A DNA stretch of 52,884 bases, filler included, from Circinaria calcarea (lineage: Eukaryota), in the NCBI GenBank assembly GCA_051942165.1. It is 2 parts of 2 records of this genome, joined end to end, with 100 filler letters (N's around TTAATTAATTAA, not from the genome) between each part and the next. Parts side by side here need not be neighbours in the genome. Positions count along the whole stretch, not along the records: positions 1 to 26,444 come from JAVECS010000078.1; positions 26,545 to 52,884 come from JAVECS010000079.1. One strand, 5' to 3'. Below the pieces are notes generated by a model. The model had not been told where the DNA came from. It saw nothing but the letters and a program-made list of their open reading frames with translations, and made no database searches. The translations under genes and the position numbers were made by a program. This document shows, piece by piece, positions 24,085 through 35,759 of the stretch (positions are counted from its first letter, which is position 1; every line of letters starts with the position of its first letter).

Positions 24085-24660
24085 GTATCTTTATTATTTC
24101 CTAATCGTTTATAACACCCGGAACATCGGCGAATGATAGGTTCGGGAGACTGGGACCAGATATCTGCCATAATCAGATACACTATTCAAAAGGATCACCC
24201 GGATTACTTACGTCAACCCGGACAACGCCGGGGAAGAACTTGATTGATATGGTGTTTAACTTTCCACCACTTATGCCCAAGATGTACTTCTCGTACGACT
24301 CATGATTTAGAGTTACGAGTTGGGCCCGCTCCAAAATTCCTTCGACACAGGTTTTAGTTATATTAATAGAATCTCCAGGACCGCCTATATCAACCCGAAC
24401 AACGTTCGGAGAGAATTTAACTTATAACGTATTCACCACCCGCTTTTTCTACACGGCGTGCATTCCTCCTAAAACTCATTAGAGTTCCAAGTTGCGAGTT
24501 ACGCCGACTTCGAGGTTCCTTCGACAGCGTTTATAACAATCGATATGGCAGACATATGGACTTCTAATTCTTGAATTATCTAAAGTCCTAAAAAATTACC
24601 GTCGATGCACCGCCCTGTACGAAACCATATATAGCTTCACAATATCATATATACCTTGAC
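24085..24660 (-). pseudogene. Second dynamin-like GTPase relic, paralogous to 10579-11603, with an internal duplication
   Basis: Minus strand IKFFPGVVRVD, intron 24164-24211, then ISGPSLPNLSFADVPGVIND*. Nucleotide blocks AGATATCTGGTCCCRGTCTCCCGAACC and GAGTCGTAYGAGAAGTAC are shared with the first relic. The AQLxTLN...KFxPxVVRVD segment occurs twice. Confidence 0.82.
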
Positions 24661-26444
24661 CAATGAAGTCGAGTAGCTCAGGGATACTCAATCTCCCTAT
24701 ATAATAATATCGAAACCTGTCCGCCAAACCCGTAGTTGAGTATAACAAGAGAAACATCATCACCGCAGCAAATTACCACGTCCTCCACTCATCCGCCATA
24801 GCCGCCGGCGCCTCCTCATTCACCATACACCTTCGCACAACCATATACACTAAACCAAGAAGCCAGCGATCCATTCATTCAAACCCCTCTATTCAATATC
24901 GATTCTCACGTCCGATATGCGGCCAATCTCTGCTCATATCTCCCAGCCAAATCTCCACTGCATTCAACCGCTAATCCCATACCAATTCACACACAAACTC
25001 CCACACCAACACCCACACCCACTAATATAGGAATTGCTACCCCTACCCCCGCACCCATTCCAACACCAAAATACCGAACCAATTATTACACCCCTTCCGC
25101 AACTCATTCCCCAGCCCATTCCCCAACTGATTCTGCAACCCATCCCCATTTTTTTATCTTACATCTCCGAACTCTATTTTCTATCTTCTTACTCCTATTC
25201 CCCACTCTTTGCGCACACTGCACCCACCCACCATAAGTGTGCACCACACGCATATGCCATACACGCATACCACACGCGTATGCCCTACGCCGACTACATA
25301 TTACACTGGCATACTATACATACATTCCAGTTATGCCTACTACGTACGCGCTGCTATGCGTGTTCCTGCACACAGGCTCCGCAGGCTAAAAAAATAAATA
25401 ATAAATAGCCTATACTAATGCATTAAGTTAGCTTTGTTATTTCCATACCAGTGTTATGCCAGAGAATTGAACCGGGAGGTCCTATCAGACTAAAGGTTTT
25501 TCAGCAGGGCAATTCAGCATGACGGCTCTTCTAGAATAGCATCACGTAGGAATTCAACACTCTTACCAACTGCGCCAGCGTACCAGATACTATAACCCGC
25601 GCTTAACTAATATATAAACATCACGTGCATTGAAAAGATGGGCGCTTAATAGGTTTCCCTGCCTTACATCACGTGATCTACTGCTTAATACACTACTGCG
25701 CGAGCCAGCTCACGTTTTAATCCAATGACTAGCTCGCCTAATAGAGCCAGCACCTAGTGAATAAACATAATACGTTTTAGAGCATTGCGCACTGGGGCGC
25801 ATTACCAGTAGCATAACACGCAGCATAGCATAGCACGCAGCATAAAACTATATAAAGCTAAGCATAAAGTTATGCGACGCTAAACCTAATACACCCGAAT
25901 AGGTTAGAAAAACTAAACCTATTCGAGCGAAAAACTAGGCTTAATCGAGCGAAAAACTAAGCCCTTTTAGGCCTATTTTGAGGCCAGAGTGAAAACACCG
26001 CAGAATTTTGCTCGGTTCGGAAAATCTCCCGCCGAAGTTAAACCCTTCCACTTCGTTTCAGGGCACGCCAAATTTTACCCAAAAGTTAGGTCTGCGGGGC
26101 ACGAAAACAGGCCTGGAATTAGGTCTGGACAGGGGCACGGATGAGGCCAAGACCTATGACACCAACTTACAGCCTTAGAAACCTGCGAACCCCAGCAGCT
26201 GCAGAGCATGTGCTACTTGTCAGCATCTGCATCCTCATAATCTGCAGGGCCCAGCGCACCAGGCACCTCATCGAACTCTACTGTCCCGAAAGCTCTCATT
26301 GGACAGATTGTCCACAAAAGGCTTGTACGTGCAATAATGCGAATTTCTTCAATCCATATCCGATTCCTCGATCGCAGGTAGCACTAACATGGCATGAATC
26401 GTAAGGTAGAGGGGGTGTGGCATTGGATATTGCGACAGCTTACA

Positions 26445-26544
26445 NNNNNNNNNNNNNNNNNNNNNNNNNNNNNNNNNNNNNNNNNNNNTTAATTAATTAA
26501 NNNNNNNNNNNNNNNNNNNNNNNNNNNNNNNNNNNNNNNNNNNN
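26445..26544. other. Artificial contig/scaffold spacer
   Basis: 44 N + TTAATTAATTAA (stops in all six frames) + 44 N = exactly 100 bp. Confidence 0.95.
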
Positions 26545-26545
26545 G

Positions 26546-27784
26546 CCCACGTCCAGCGCGGATATCGATGGCGATACACCATGGACCGTAGCCCGGCCCC
26601 CCCATAAGCATCGCTATCTGTACATGCAGCCTAATGTTCCGTCGTCATTTTCTTCAGTCACGGTCACTGCGAGCCAAGATGCTGAGGATCGTATTTCACC
26701 CCTTCGTGATCTTTTGGACAATGTGTTTCCGTCACCTCCTTTCCGAAAATGGCTTCAATTGGCGACCTCTCTCACACTCACGTCGTATAACCTCCTCGCT
26801 CGTCGATTTCGCAGAGGAAAAGATTATAGCCTAGCAACCAATTATACCGACGAAGCCTCCCGATTGGAGATTACTCTTGGTATCACACCTACAAACGGCT
26901 GGGGTGATGACGATGTACATTCAGTTATCGACAACCCTGATGACGATGAACCTCCGGTTGTTCAAAGCCCTGACGACGAAAAGCCGAAAGAGAAAGAAAA
27001 TAGCCCTCGTGTTGCGATAGACCTGAGTAATGAAAAGCAGGGAGCAGCTGAAAATACCAATGATGAGAAGGAAAAGGAAGATGATTACAATCCTACCGTT
27101 TCGGCAAAATCAAGTCATGAGAAGGAAAAGATAGAATATGATGACTATCCTGCCGTTTCTGCAGAACCAAGTAACGAGAAGAAGAAAGCAGTGGAAGACC
27201 ACCCTACCCTTTCTACAAACCCAAGCGACGAGAAAAAACAAGTAGTCGAAGACGAAGACTCCGGTGTAGGCGGCTATGAAGTTTACATGGCCGGCGACGA
27301 TGACACTTACGATGACTACCCTGACCACGAAGGAAGTGATCACGGCGTCCCCATCCCCTCAACCCTCAGCACCTCAACCGGCGCCCGTGCATCTGGCCCT
27401 TCCTCCGGCCCGCGTCCAAAATCCGCAAAAGCAGATCCAGCCATCTACCGCTCCAGCAGCGGTACGGGAGACGAAGACGACGGCGTCCTGTTTAGTATGC
27501 CGGCGGGCTGGAATCGGCTCAGTGTGGTGTTGAGGGATAAGGGAGTGTTGCGGTTTGTCAAATACGTGGGAATGGGTGCAAAAGGAGATCGGTGGGATTT
27601 GACGGGGGAGTTTGGGGTTAAGGAGGAGGAAGAGGACGAGGAGGAGGAGGAGGGAGAGGAAGGACCAGCAAGGGAGGAGGGAGAGAAGGAAAGGGAGGTA
27701 GCTGGGGAAGAAGAGGAAGAGACGGAATTTGAAGGTTTCGATTTCAAAGGACTGGGCGAATCGAGTGATGAGAGTAGTGACTGA
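26546..27784 (+). CDS. TPA1: Tpa1/Ofd1 2-oxoglutarate/Fe(II) prolyl hydroxylase, C-terminal part (5' end lost at the gap)
   Basis: Frame open from the gap: WTVARPPHKHRYLY...FRKWL...ARRFRRGKDYSLAT...VGGYEVYM...ADPAIY...DDGVLFSMPAGWNRLSVVLRDKGVLRFVKYV...GDRWD. Confidence 0.88.
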   Translation, partial: PTSSADIDGDTPWTVARPPHKHRYLYMQPNVPSSFSSVTVTASQDAEDRISPLRDLLDNVFPSPPFRKWLQLATSLTLTSYNLLARRFRRGKDYSLATNYTDEASRLEITLGITPTNGWGDDDVHSVIDNPDDDEPPVVQSPDDEKPKEKENSPRVAIDLSNEKQGAAENTNDEKEKEDDYNPTVSAKSSHEKEKIEYDDYPAVSAEPSNEKKKAVEDHPTLSTNPSDEKKQVVEDEDSGVGGYEVYMAGDDDTYDDYPDHEGSDHGVPIPSTLSTSTGARASGPSSGPRPKSAKADPAIYRSSSGTGDEDDGVLFSMPAGWNRLSVVLRDKGVLRFVKYVGMGAKGDRWDLTGEFGVKEEEEDEEEEEGEEGPAREEGEKEREVAGEEEEETEFEGFDFKGLGESSDESSD

Positions 27785-28057
27785 ACCCGCCGGGGGAGGG
27801 GGGAACTGAACACCCTTTTATGATGATACGATTTTCACCAGGTATATCAATCCGTTCCCATCCTGCCTCGAAGCAAGTCCAGGGCTCCAACGAAGTACTT
27901 TTCACTCCACCCGTCGTTAATAGACAATATCCGGTTACACTCGGGCGGAAAAATCCCTCTTGTTCCGTCTAGTATATACCCTTTCCACTTTCTCCCGTTC
28001 CGACTCGAACGGGTTGGAGGCCAGACAGAGAAAGGGCACCCCCTCCCCTAGTCTTTT

Positions 28058-28483
28058 GCCTTTTTTTTTTTCTTTCTTTTCTTTCTCTTTCTCTTTCTCC
28101 TTCTCTTTTGCGCTCTTCCCTTCCCCTCCACACCAATCTTTTTTCTTTCTTTCTTCTACTTCCTCCCATCCTCGTGGAAACTATGAAGTTGTGAAATGAA
28201 ATGAACCCATGAATGGTTTGAGTAGGGTGGGTTAAATTCTCAGCAAACCCTTTTTTTTTTCTTTTTTTTTTTTCCTTTTTTTTTCTTTTTTAAAAAAAAA
28301 AAATTAAACCCTTATCGTATCGTGTCGTATCCTTATCCCTATCCCTATCCCTATCCGTTTGTTCTATCCCTATTTTTGGTTGGTTCGAAGGCTCTCCTGC
28401 TTTTTGGGCATTTGGGCATTTGGGCATTTGGGCATTCGAAACTAGGGAACTGGAAAGGGGAAAGGGGAAAGGGGAAAGGGGGG
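28058..28483. repeat. Microsatellite/low-complexity cluster: poly-T, (CTTTCT)n, (TATCCC)n, (TTTGGGCA)4, (AAAGGGG)4
   Basis: Directly visible tracts between the convergent TPA1 and MFS 3' ends. Confidence 0.9.
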
Positions 28484-28864
28484 ATAGATATCTATCAGTC
28501 ACCAACAAAGAGCTACCTTGGTTTCCCTTCCCAGTGGACCAGAAAATGTGCGCTACGGAATATTGTCACGATTTACTGCACGCCATGAATACAGTTTGCG
28601 AAGTAGACATCTATGATTTTGCTGGATCCGGGTTCTCGATCAAAGCAATGGCATAAGAGATTGCATCTAGGATAGGTCTATCAGGTTGAAATATATATAG
28701 AAGAGCTCTTGACTGAGGAACGTTTCAGCTCCTTTCCGCAACCATACTTTATCCAGAAGCTGTCTCAGCTATCCTCTTCAATGCACCAGAGAGAGGCCCC
28801 CCTGCAGCCACACGGAGAGACCTACATATATTCGATGCAAGAGACCTCCAGTCGCTTCAGTTCC

Positions 28865-30706
28865 TCATGAGTCCACCACGCCACCCTTCTCATCGGAAGA
28901 ACGATCCTTCTCCTGCTGCAAACCCTGAGTGGATTCGAGCACGCGATTAAGATCATAGCTCTTGGTCAACAGACTCAGCAGGAAGGTCACAAACGCAATA
29001 CCGCACAAACAAGCCCAAATAATGCGCAAGCTATCAGTGTAAGCGGTCTTCAACTCGTCCTTGGTCTGGCTGTCAGGCATGGATTTAATGATGGTCACAA
29101 GGCGGGCCGCGTCCTGACTGTATTCCACTGCCATGGGCGCTAATGCGGGATAAGTCTCCAGGTTGGTGCGCATCTGATTCTGAAAAGTGACACCACCAAT
29201 GGCAATGCCCAGAGTCTGGCCGAAGGAACGGGCAAATGTGAACATTGCGGCAGCGATGGCGAGGTTCTCATTAGTTGTAGATGCCTGCACGGCGAGGATG
29301 GTAGCGGAGAAGAGCACACCGATACCGAGACCAGAGACCAGATTCAGGAAGATCCACCCGGGAACGCTGGTATTGACATTGAGGATACAGAGAATACCAA
29401 GACCTATAACGCTAACAACCCAACCTCCCCAGATGGGAAGGCGATATCTTCCTAGAGAGGTAATGACAAAGCCGGAGATCACGGCGGCGGGACCAACAGA
29501 GAAAGTTTCTGGGAAGAGAGCAACACCAGCAATGATCGGTGAGTACCCCTTAACGCCTTCGTAGTAGAGCGGCATGTAGTACAAAACACACCAGAGGATC
29601 AAGCCGCTTGACGCACCTGCGATGAGCGAGACGGTGGAGGTGCGGTTCTGGAAAATGGAGTGAGGAATCATAGGTTCTGCAGGCACTTTATACTCGTAGC
29701 AGGCGAATGCAACCAATCCGGCTATTCCAATCACAAGCGGGACCACTATGTGCCAAGAGCTCCATGCATACATGACACCACCCAAGGTCAGAGGGATGAG
29801 GAAGGAGGACAAGCTGCCGACAAATAGAACGGTGCCGACATAGTCCACCCGGCGCATCTTCTCGCCCAGAGAACCCGCAGGGATCTCGAGTTTTAGGAAC
29901 ATGACGACGAGAGGTGTTCCTGCACCTATGAAGGGAAAGTTGATATAGAAGATCCAACGCTGGAGTTGTCATACACGTCAGCCACGCCCCCCCCTTCGAA
30001 GAATGACGAAATAAGGAAAGGAAACGGGGTATAACTGCACACTTACCCATGAGACATTCTGCGCGAATGCTGCACCAATGACGGGACCGACGACGGCACC
30101 GATACAGTGCACTGCGCTGAGAATACCAAAGTAAATTCCACGCAATCTCAGTGGCACCAGATCGGTCACGATGACCTCGGAGAGCACAACAATACCACCA
30201 CCGCCCACACCCTGAATGCAACGACCGACGAGGACCTGGGTGAAACCACGGGCGATGCCTGCAAGCAGGGCACCCACGAAGAAAAAAGCGATGCTGAAGA
30301 GTGTAAGGCTCCTGCGACCGAAGATGTTGGAGAAAGCAGCGATGCTGGGTTGGAAGACGGTGGAGCAGAGCAGGAAAGAGGTTCCACTCCAGAAAGCCTC
30401 AAGAGCTGTACCGCCCAGGTCCCGAGACATGATCTGTTTGAAGATTTTGGTTAGACTTGTTCGCCATACGAGTTTGCTATGCCGGGCTCATACCGGCAGA
30501 GCGACAGAGATAGAGGTGCCATCAATAGCCGTCATCAAGTTCAAGGTTACGAGTATGATGAAAACCCATCGACCTCTCGCTCCCAGCTTGAATTCCTCCC
30601 GTGGCTGTTCCTTCCTACCGTTGGCCTCCACTAGGACCTCGAAGTTAGGGTCGCTGAGTTCTTCTACCGCAGCAGGCTTAGCTTCGATCTCATCAGTAGT
30701 AGTCAT
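28865..30706 (-). CDS. MFS drug/metabolite efflux transporter (DHA2, 14-TM type)
   Basis: ATG 30706; introns 30434-30493 and 29960-30046; AIDGTSISVALP, SNIFGRR, GRCIQGVGGGG, WRWIFYINFP, RSFGQTLG; many hydrophobic helices. Confidence 0.93.
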
Positions 30707-31806
30707 TGAAGCTGGCGGAAGAGGCGAAGACTCATCCAAACCGAAATCAAACCTGGACTGGAAGAAGGTCAAGGAAGGAAAAGTTTTGAGGAATGGCAAG
30801 ACAACAGACTTGTCGTGACGGATCGAAGGAAGAGGTTCTTCCACTATTACAATAGAATATAAAATACTCCGATGATAAGTAAAATGACTTTAAGTGCGAG
30901 TCTCGACCACCCTCGTAGAATCAATAACAGTAGTATACCTTTTGGGCAAAACGAAGGCTTATACTAAGTGTATGATTCGGGGCCTAATCCAGGGGTACTT
31001 TCATGATTCCAAAGCGTTGTTTGGGTATGCTGCGATTATTGTGAAAAAACCGGCGCCCACAATTACTATGCCTGACACCGAAGTACGGTATTCCGGTGGG
31101 AGCACCAGGGTAACCTGAGGTTAGAGCTTGATGGCGACTTTGCAATGGTCGGGGAATAAATCTGACGATGTCGCGCTACGGAATAAACAACTTGATAATA
31201 CCCTTGATGCATTGTACCCTGGAGCAAGTGCGTCTTTTCCTGGCCGCCAGAAAACCTTACAGTACGTCTGCTAGATGCGTTTTGATTGGTCAAGAATGTG
31301 TGAGGGGATGATAAGGAGCATTGCCGACGATTGGGTGTAATCTGGATAGGATTCATCCAAAGGATTTACTAGTTGCCTTGTCCTTACGCGGGGACACGTC
31401 GCGCAGCTTGGGTGCTTGGTAATCATTAATGAGACTATAGGTGACTTTCGGCTCGTACTTCCTTCCTTTTACCAGGCAAGTCGCACCCATTCTTGGCGGC
31501 TAGTTGAGGTCCCTGTACGCGCAGTTCAACATGGCATGTGGGGATATTCCCGGAGGAGTTCTGACCCTCTCTCTGTAAACGGAATAGCTGTATATTCAGT
31601 TCGAAACATCTATACATTTCAATACATCAAGTATTACATCGGCGATTGATCCCTGCTCGGGTATTATGATATATTTCTCACGCTTCACTCTTCTTCCACT
31701 CGGTTTGACTTTAAAGCTGTTGCTGTTCTCTTCTCTACTTTGTCGTTTCTTGCCGTTGTGATCTGTACTCCTTCGGAAATCCCCTTCTCACAGCTTGGTA
31801 CGCACG

Positions 31807-33985
31807 ATGCCGATACCTACATATGCCGTCGTAGCCCTAGGGGTGCTTGCGTTATATCTGTTGAAGACTCTCTTGATCCCAAGCAAGAAACCCCTTCCTC
31901 TTCCTCCAGGCCCGAAGCCCAAGCCAATTATCGGTAACATGACTGATATGCCAAAGCGAGGGCATCGCGAATGGCCACATTGGTACAAACACAAAGCACT
32001 TTATGGTACGCTGGAACCAGAGACATTGAAAGTACACCGACTCGGCAATCTAACGCTTAATGCCAAATAAGGTCCGATCAGCTCTGTCACTGCCTTTGGG
32101 AAAACCCTTATCATCTTGAATGACCCCCAAGTGGCATTCGAGCTTTTGGAGAAGCGTTCAGCTAAACACTCTTCGCGTCCACACCTGGTATTTGGCGGCG
32201 AACTGTAAGTAACTAGCCACTCTAGGTTACCAAGATAAGTCATTCAAAACCTTGCCAATAGTGCCGGCTGGGAGGATCTTTTGGCAAGCATGGTTTACGG
32301 CGACCGCTTCCGTGCCTATCGGAAAAACTTTCACAACCTTCTCGGTACAAAGAAATCAGCGGCTCGATTCAATCCAGTCCAGGAAGTTGAGGTTCGCCGC
32401 TTTCTGCTTCGAGTGCTTGACAAGCCAGAAGGTCTCCTGCAACATCTAAGGACGTTAGTATTCACCGCCTCATTTCATTTCAAGAGAGAAGATCTGACTG
32501 GAGGCTGTGACAGTGAGGCAGGTGCCATAATCCTAAAAATTGTTTATGGCTATACGATTGAACCATACGGGAATGATCCACTCGTCGATCTCGCCGACGA
32601 GGCTCTCACCCAATTTTCAAAGGCATATGGTGCTGGGGTTTGGATCGTGGACCTGCTGCCATTCTGTCCGTACTTTCCTTCTAATCATCTTCCGACTTAT
32701 ATTCTAATGGAAGAAACGCTGATAAACTGGACCAGTACGATACTTACCGGAATGGTTTCCTGGAGCAGGATTCCAGAGAAAAGGCAGATTATGGAAGCAA
32801 ACTCTCCATACCCTTGTCGATGCACCGTACAATTTCGTGAAACAGCAGATAAGGCAGGGCAATAATGACCCCTCCTTTGTTTCCAGTCTTCTCGAAAATA
32901 GCGGGCCTAGCTTGACTCTCCCACCAGAAGAGGACTTTATAGCCAGATGGTCAGCAGCATCTATTTACACCGGCGGTGCCGATACAGTGAGTAGTATTTT
33001 CCCACTTTACATACCACACCTCTCGCTTCAACAAACACGCTCGAGGGGCTATACTAATATTGTCTCTCATATAGACCGTATCATCGATCGCAAGTTTCTT
33101 CCTTGCCATCTCCTTCCGCCCTGAAGTGCAACAAAAAGCTCAGGAAGAAATCGACCGTGTAGTGGGCACGGATCGACTTCCTACCTGGACAGACCGCGAG
33201 AATCTGCCCTATGTTGAAGCCGTCTTCAAAGAGGCACTCCGTTGGCACCCTGTGATTCCCGGTGTCGCGCACGCAGCGACCCAGGATGACGAGTACATGG
33301 GCTATCGGATTCCCAAGGACGCCGCCATTTATCCAAACATCTGGTACGTATCGAACCGATACTCCCTCGCTTTGTATATGGACCTCGATAACTCTCATTC
33401 ATGATCGCAATGTCCATTTAATCAATCTGCCTTTCTATTACCACCTTATTGTCTATATATGGTCACACTACCAGCCATGTTTCCCTCCACCGCCACTTCG
33501 TCTCCTACTAACTCCATGATCCTAGGAGCTACACCCACGACCCAACCGTCTACGCTGACCCCCTCCTCTTCAAACCCGAACGCTTCCTCGTCGAAAACCT
33601 GCCCCTCGACCCACAAACCTTCATCTGGGGCTTCGGCCGCCGGATCTGCCCTGGCCGAGTTATCGCTGATTTCGCCATCTGGCTCACCCTCGCGTCGTCG
33701 CTCGCCTGTTTCAACGTCTCCCGCGTCCCTGCTGCTCAAGACGGCTCTGCAGGTCCTACCCCTAGCACTGGGCTTGAAGCTTCCGAAGCCCGACCGGAGT
33801 ACTTCCTACCGGGGACCATTAGTCACCCCGTGCCGTTTGAAGTAGTGGTGAAGGCGAGGAGTGAGGGGCATAGGGAGTTAATTAAGCGAGTCGAGGTTGA
33901 ATTTCCGTGGGGGAAGGCCGGTGCTACGGAGCTTCGAGGGGATATTGCTCAGCGCAGGAAAGTGGCGACGAAGGAAAGGCACTAG
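31807..33985 (+). CDS. Cytochrome P450 (OrdA/O-methylsterigmatocystin oxidoreductase-like), multi-exon
   Basis: N-terminal TM plus LPPGPKPKPIIGN, GGADT (I-helix), EALR (ExxR), KPERF, heme motif WGFGRRICPG; several GT-AG introns; stop TAG 33983-33985. Confidence 0.93.
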
Positions 33986-34736
33986 TTGGAAGGGCGCGTA
34001 TGGGTTGGGACAGTGAGGGAGGAAACAGACAGTCATGGGAAATAGGGCTGGTCCTACAAATTGTTTACGTGTTATTATTCATGCCACCGCTCTCTCCGAC
34101 CGCAAGACGTTCAAATAAACGTTAGACACCCAGTTGCGTATAGCAGTGGACCCTATGGACCCTGAATGCTCTATGAGCCGTGTGTACGCTAAGCAACAGT
34201 AGCTTCAAAAACATCGCGCTAACAACTGACACCCATCCTACAGTTATCAGCTTCATTTTGGTCCTTCTCCTAAGCTCCCCGCCACAAAGCGGTAGTAAAA
34301 CCTCCACTGGGAAGGCCATCAGCATCGTCGATATCCGCTGGATTAAGGTATGAGTGCTGCAGAGCCCAGGACATATCTGATGTATATGCATGGTAATGCA
34401 AGGAGTGCTCGCCAACTCGCTTCTTAAAATCCTATAAGAAAAAGAAAAAGACGCATGCGCCATGTAGGCGCCTGAGTCAAGTGAGTAAAGTATTATTGGA
34501 AGCTGATCTTGGAAAACTGACCACTGAAGGATCTTGCTACCCTACCTGAAAAAGGACGCTCGTGCTGCATCCCAAATGCGACCAGGAATATCAAACCCAT
34601 GGCAGTTTTACACGGAATGCCCCCAACATCCGATTACCGTATCACGAGGGATTCCGCATTCCGCTCTACTAGTAGTTGCACCCGGCACAAGGCCTACTTA
34701 GTGCTGGGTGTAACCTGATCGAATCCTTCAAAGTAA

Positions 34737-34873
34737 CTAAAATCTTACAGCATTAGCTCGTGATATAAGACTGATTAAAGTTTTACAGCATTAGTTCGTG
34801 ATATGAGACTAACTAAAGTCTTACAGCATTAGTTCGTGATATAAGACTGACTAAAATCTTACAGCATTAGTTC
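34737..34873. repeat. 38-bp minisatellite, about 3.6 copies
   Basis: Units at 34737, 34775, 34813 and 34851 (partial): CTAAARTCTTACAGCATTAGTTCGTGATATAAGACTGA. Confidence 0.92.
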
Positions 34874-35759
34874 TTCATACTCCTTAACATTCCTAGCGGG
34901 GAGTCGGGCAAGCACGCCAGTACATCTAAGCTACATCCCAGAACCTTGAGGGGGCCTTCCTGCGCTGCACAATGACGGTATTGTTCTGGTTGAGAATGTG
35001 TACAGCATCAATGACGTTGACAAGGTCAGAATTGCCCCGGCCGAGAAGGGATTATTACAAAACATTCTAAATCCTTTCGGGCTCAGGCAAGACGGGCCAG
35101 CCCGGCATTATCTTAGCCTAATGATAACAACATCACCGCAACACACATAGGATCATACCGCCAGTCCGGTTTAACGGCCGAAGTCCTTTCCACAAGGAGG
35201 GTTAGTACTTTCAGACTGCTATCTGAATGTGCAAAACCGCCCTAATCGCCAATATGCTTCTATCTCTCCCTCTGTTTCGCCTACGCAAATTAGCGCCCCG
35301 GCTGTCAGTGTTCTCCTAGCGCTATGGGCTTACGGGCTGGCATTGGCCACATAGACCTCAGCCCGTGAGCAATCCCAGCTCGCAGTGTGGCCATTTGGGA
35401 TATGAGATTTTGCCACCCACAATTTCTGAACACATTCAGGGGGCATGCATTCGTACTTGGGATGCGGAATCTCCGTTGCCCCCATAGCATAATGTCAACC
35501 TATCTGTGCAAGATCATCTTAAGACTTATTCTGCTAATAAGGTGTACATGTACGCGTCCCAATGGCTAACGTTCATTACTTCCGGCCAATAAGTTCCAAC
35601 GCAACGCAGGCCACTCCGAGCTTTGGCAGAAAAGCCCACATGGAACGAGGTTGTCAAAAAAAAACGACACAACAAGCAAGCAGATGGGGACGCATTGAAA
35701 GACTTGCACGTGAAATTCATTCTTAATAGACTGTATAGATTGCAATGACATGCCATGTT

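Noticed and set aside
12960..26140. CCGTGCCCCT at about 12960 and its reverse complement at about 26131-26140 as TIRs of a 13-kb element
   Set aside because: Only 10 bp, no extension and no matching TSD; expected by chance.
1..26444. Starship captain (DUF3435 tyrosine recombinase) or element boundary
   Set aside because: No ORF or remnant with recognisable captain motifs, and no supported terminal direct repeats.
30707..31806. CGG-containing sites as shared Zn2Cys6 regulator motifs
   Set aside because: No consistent spaced motif recurs across the three cluster promoters by eye; a motif search would be needed.
34737..34873. CRISPR-like array
   Set aside because: Units are contiguous with no unique spacers, there are no cas genes, and the context is eukaryotic.
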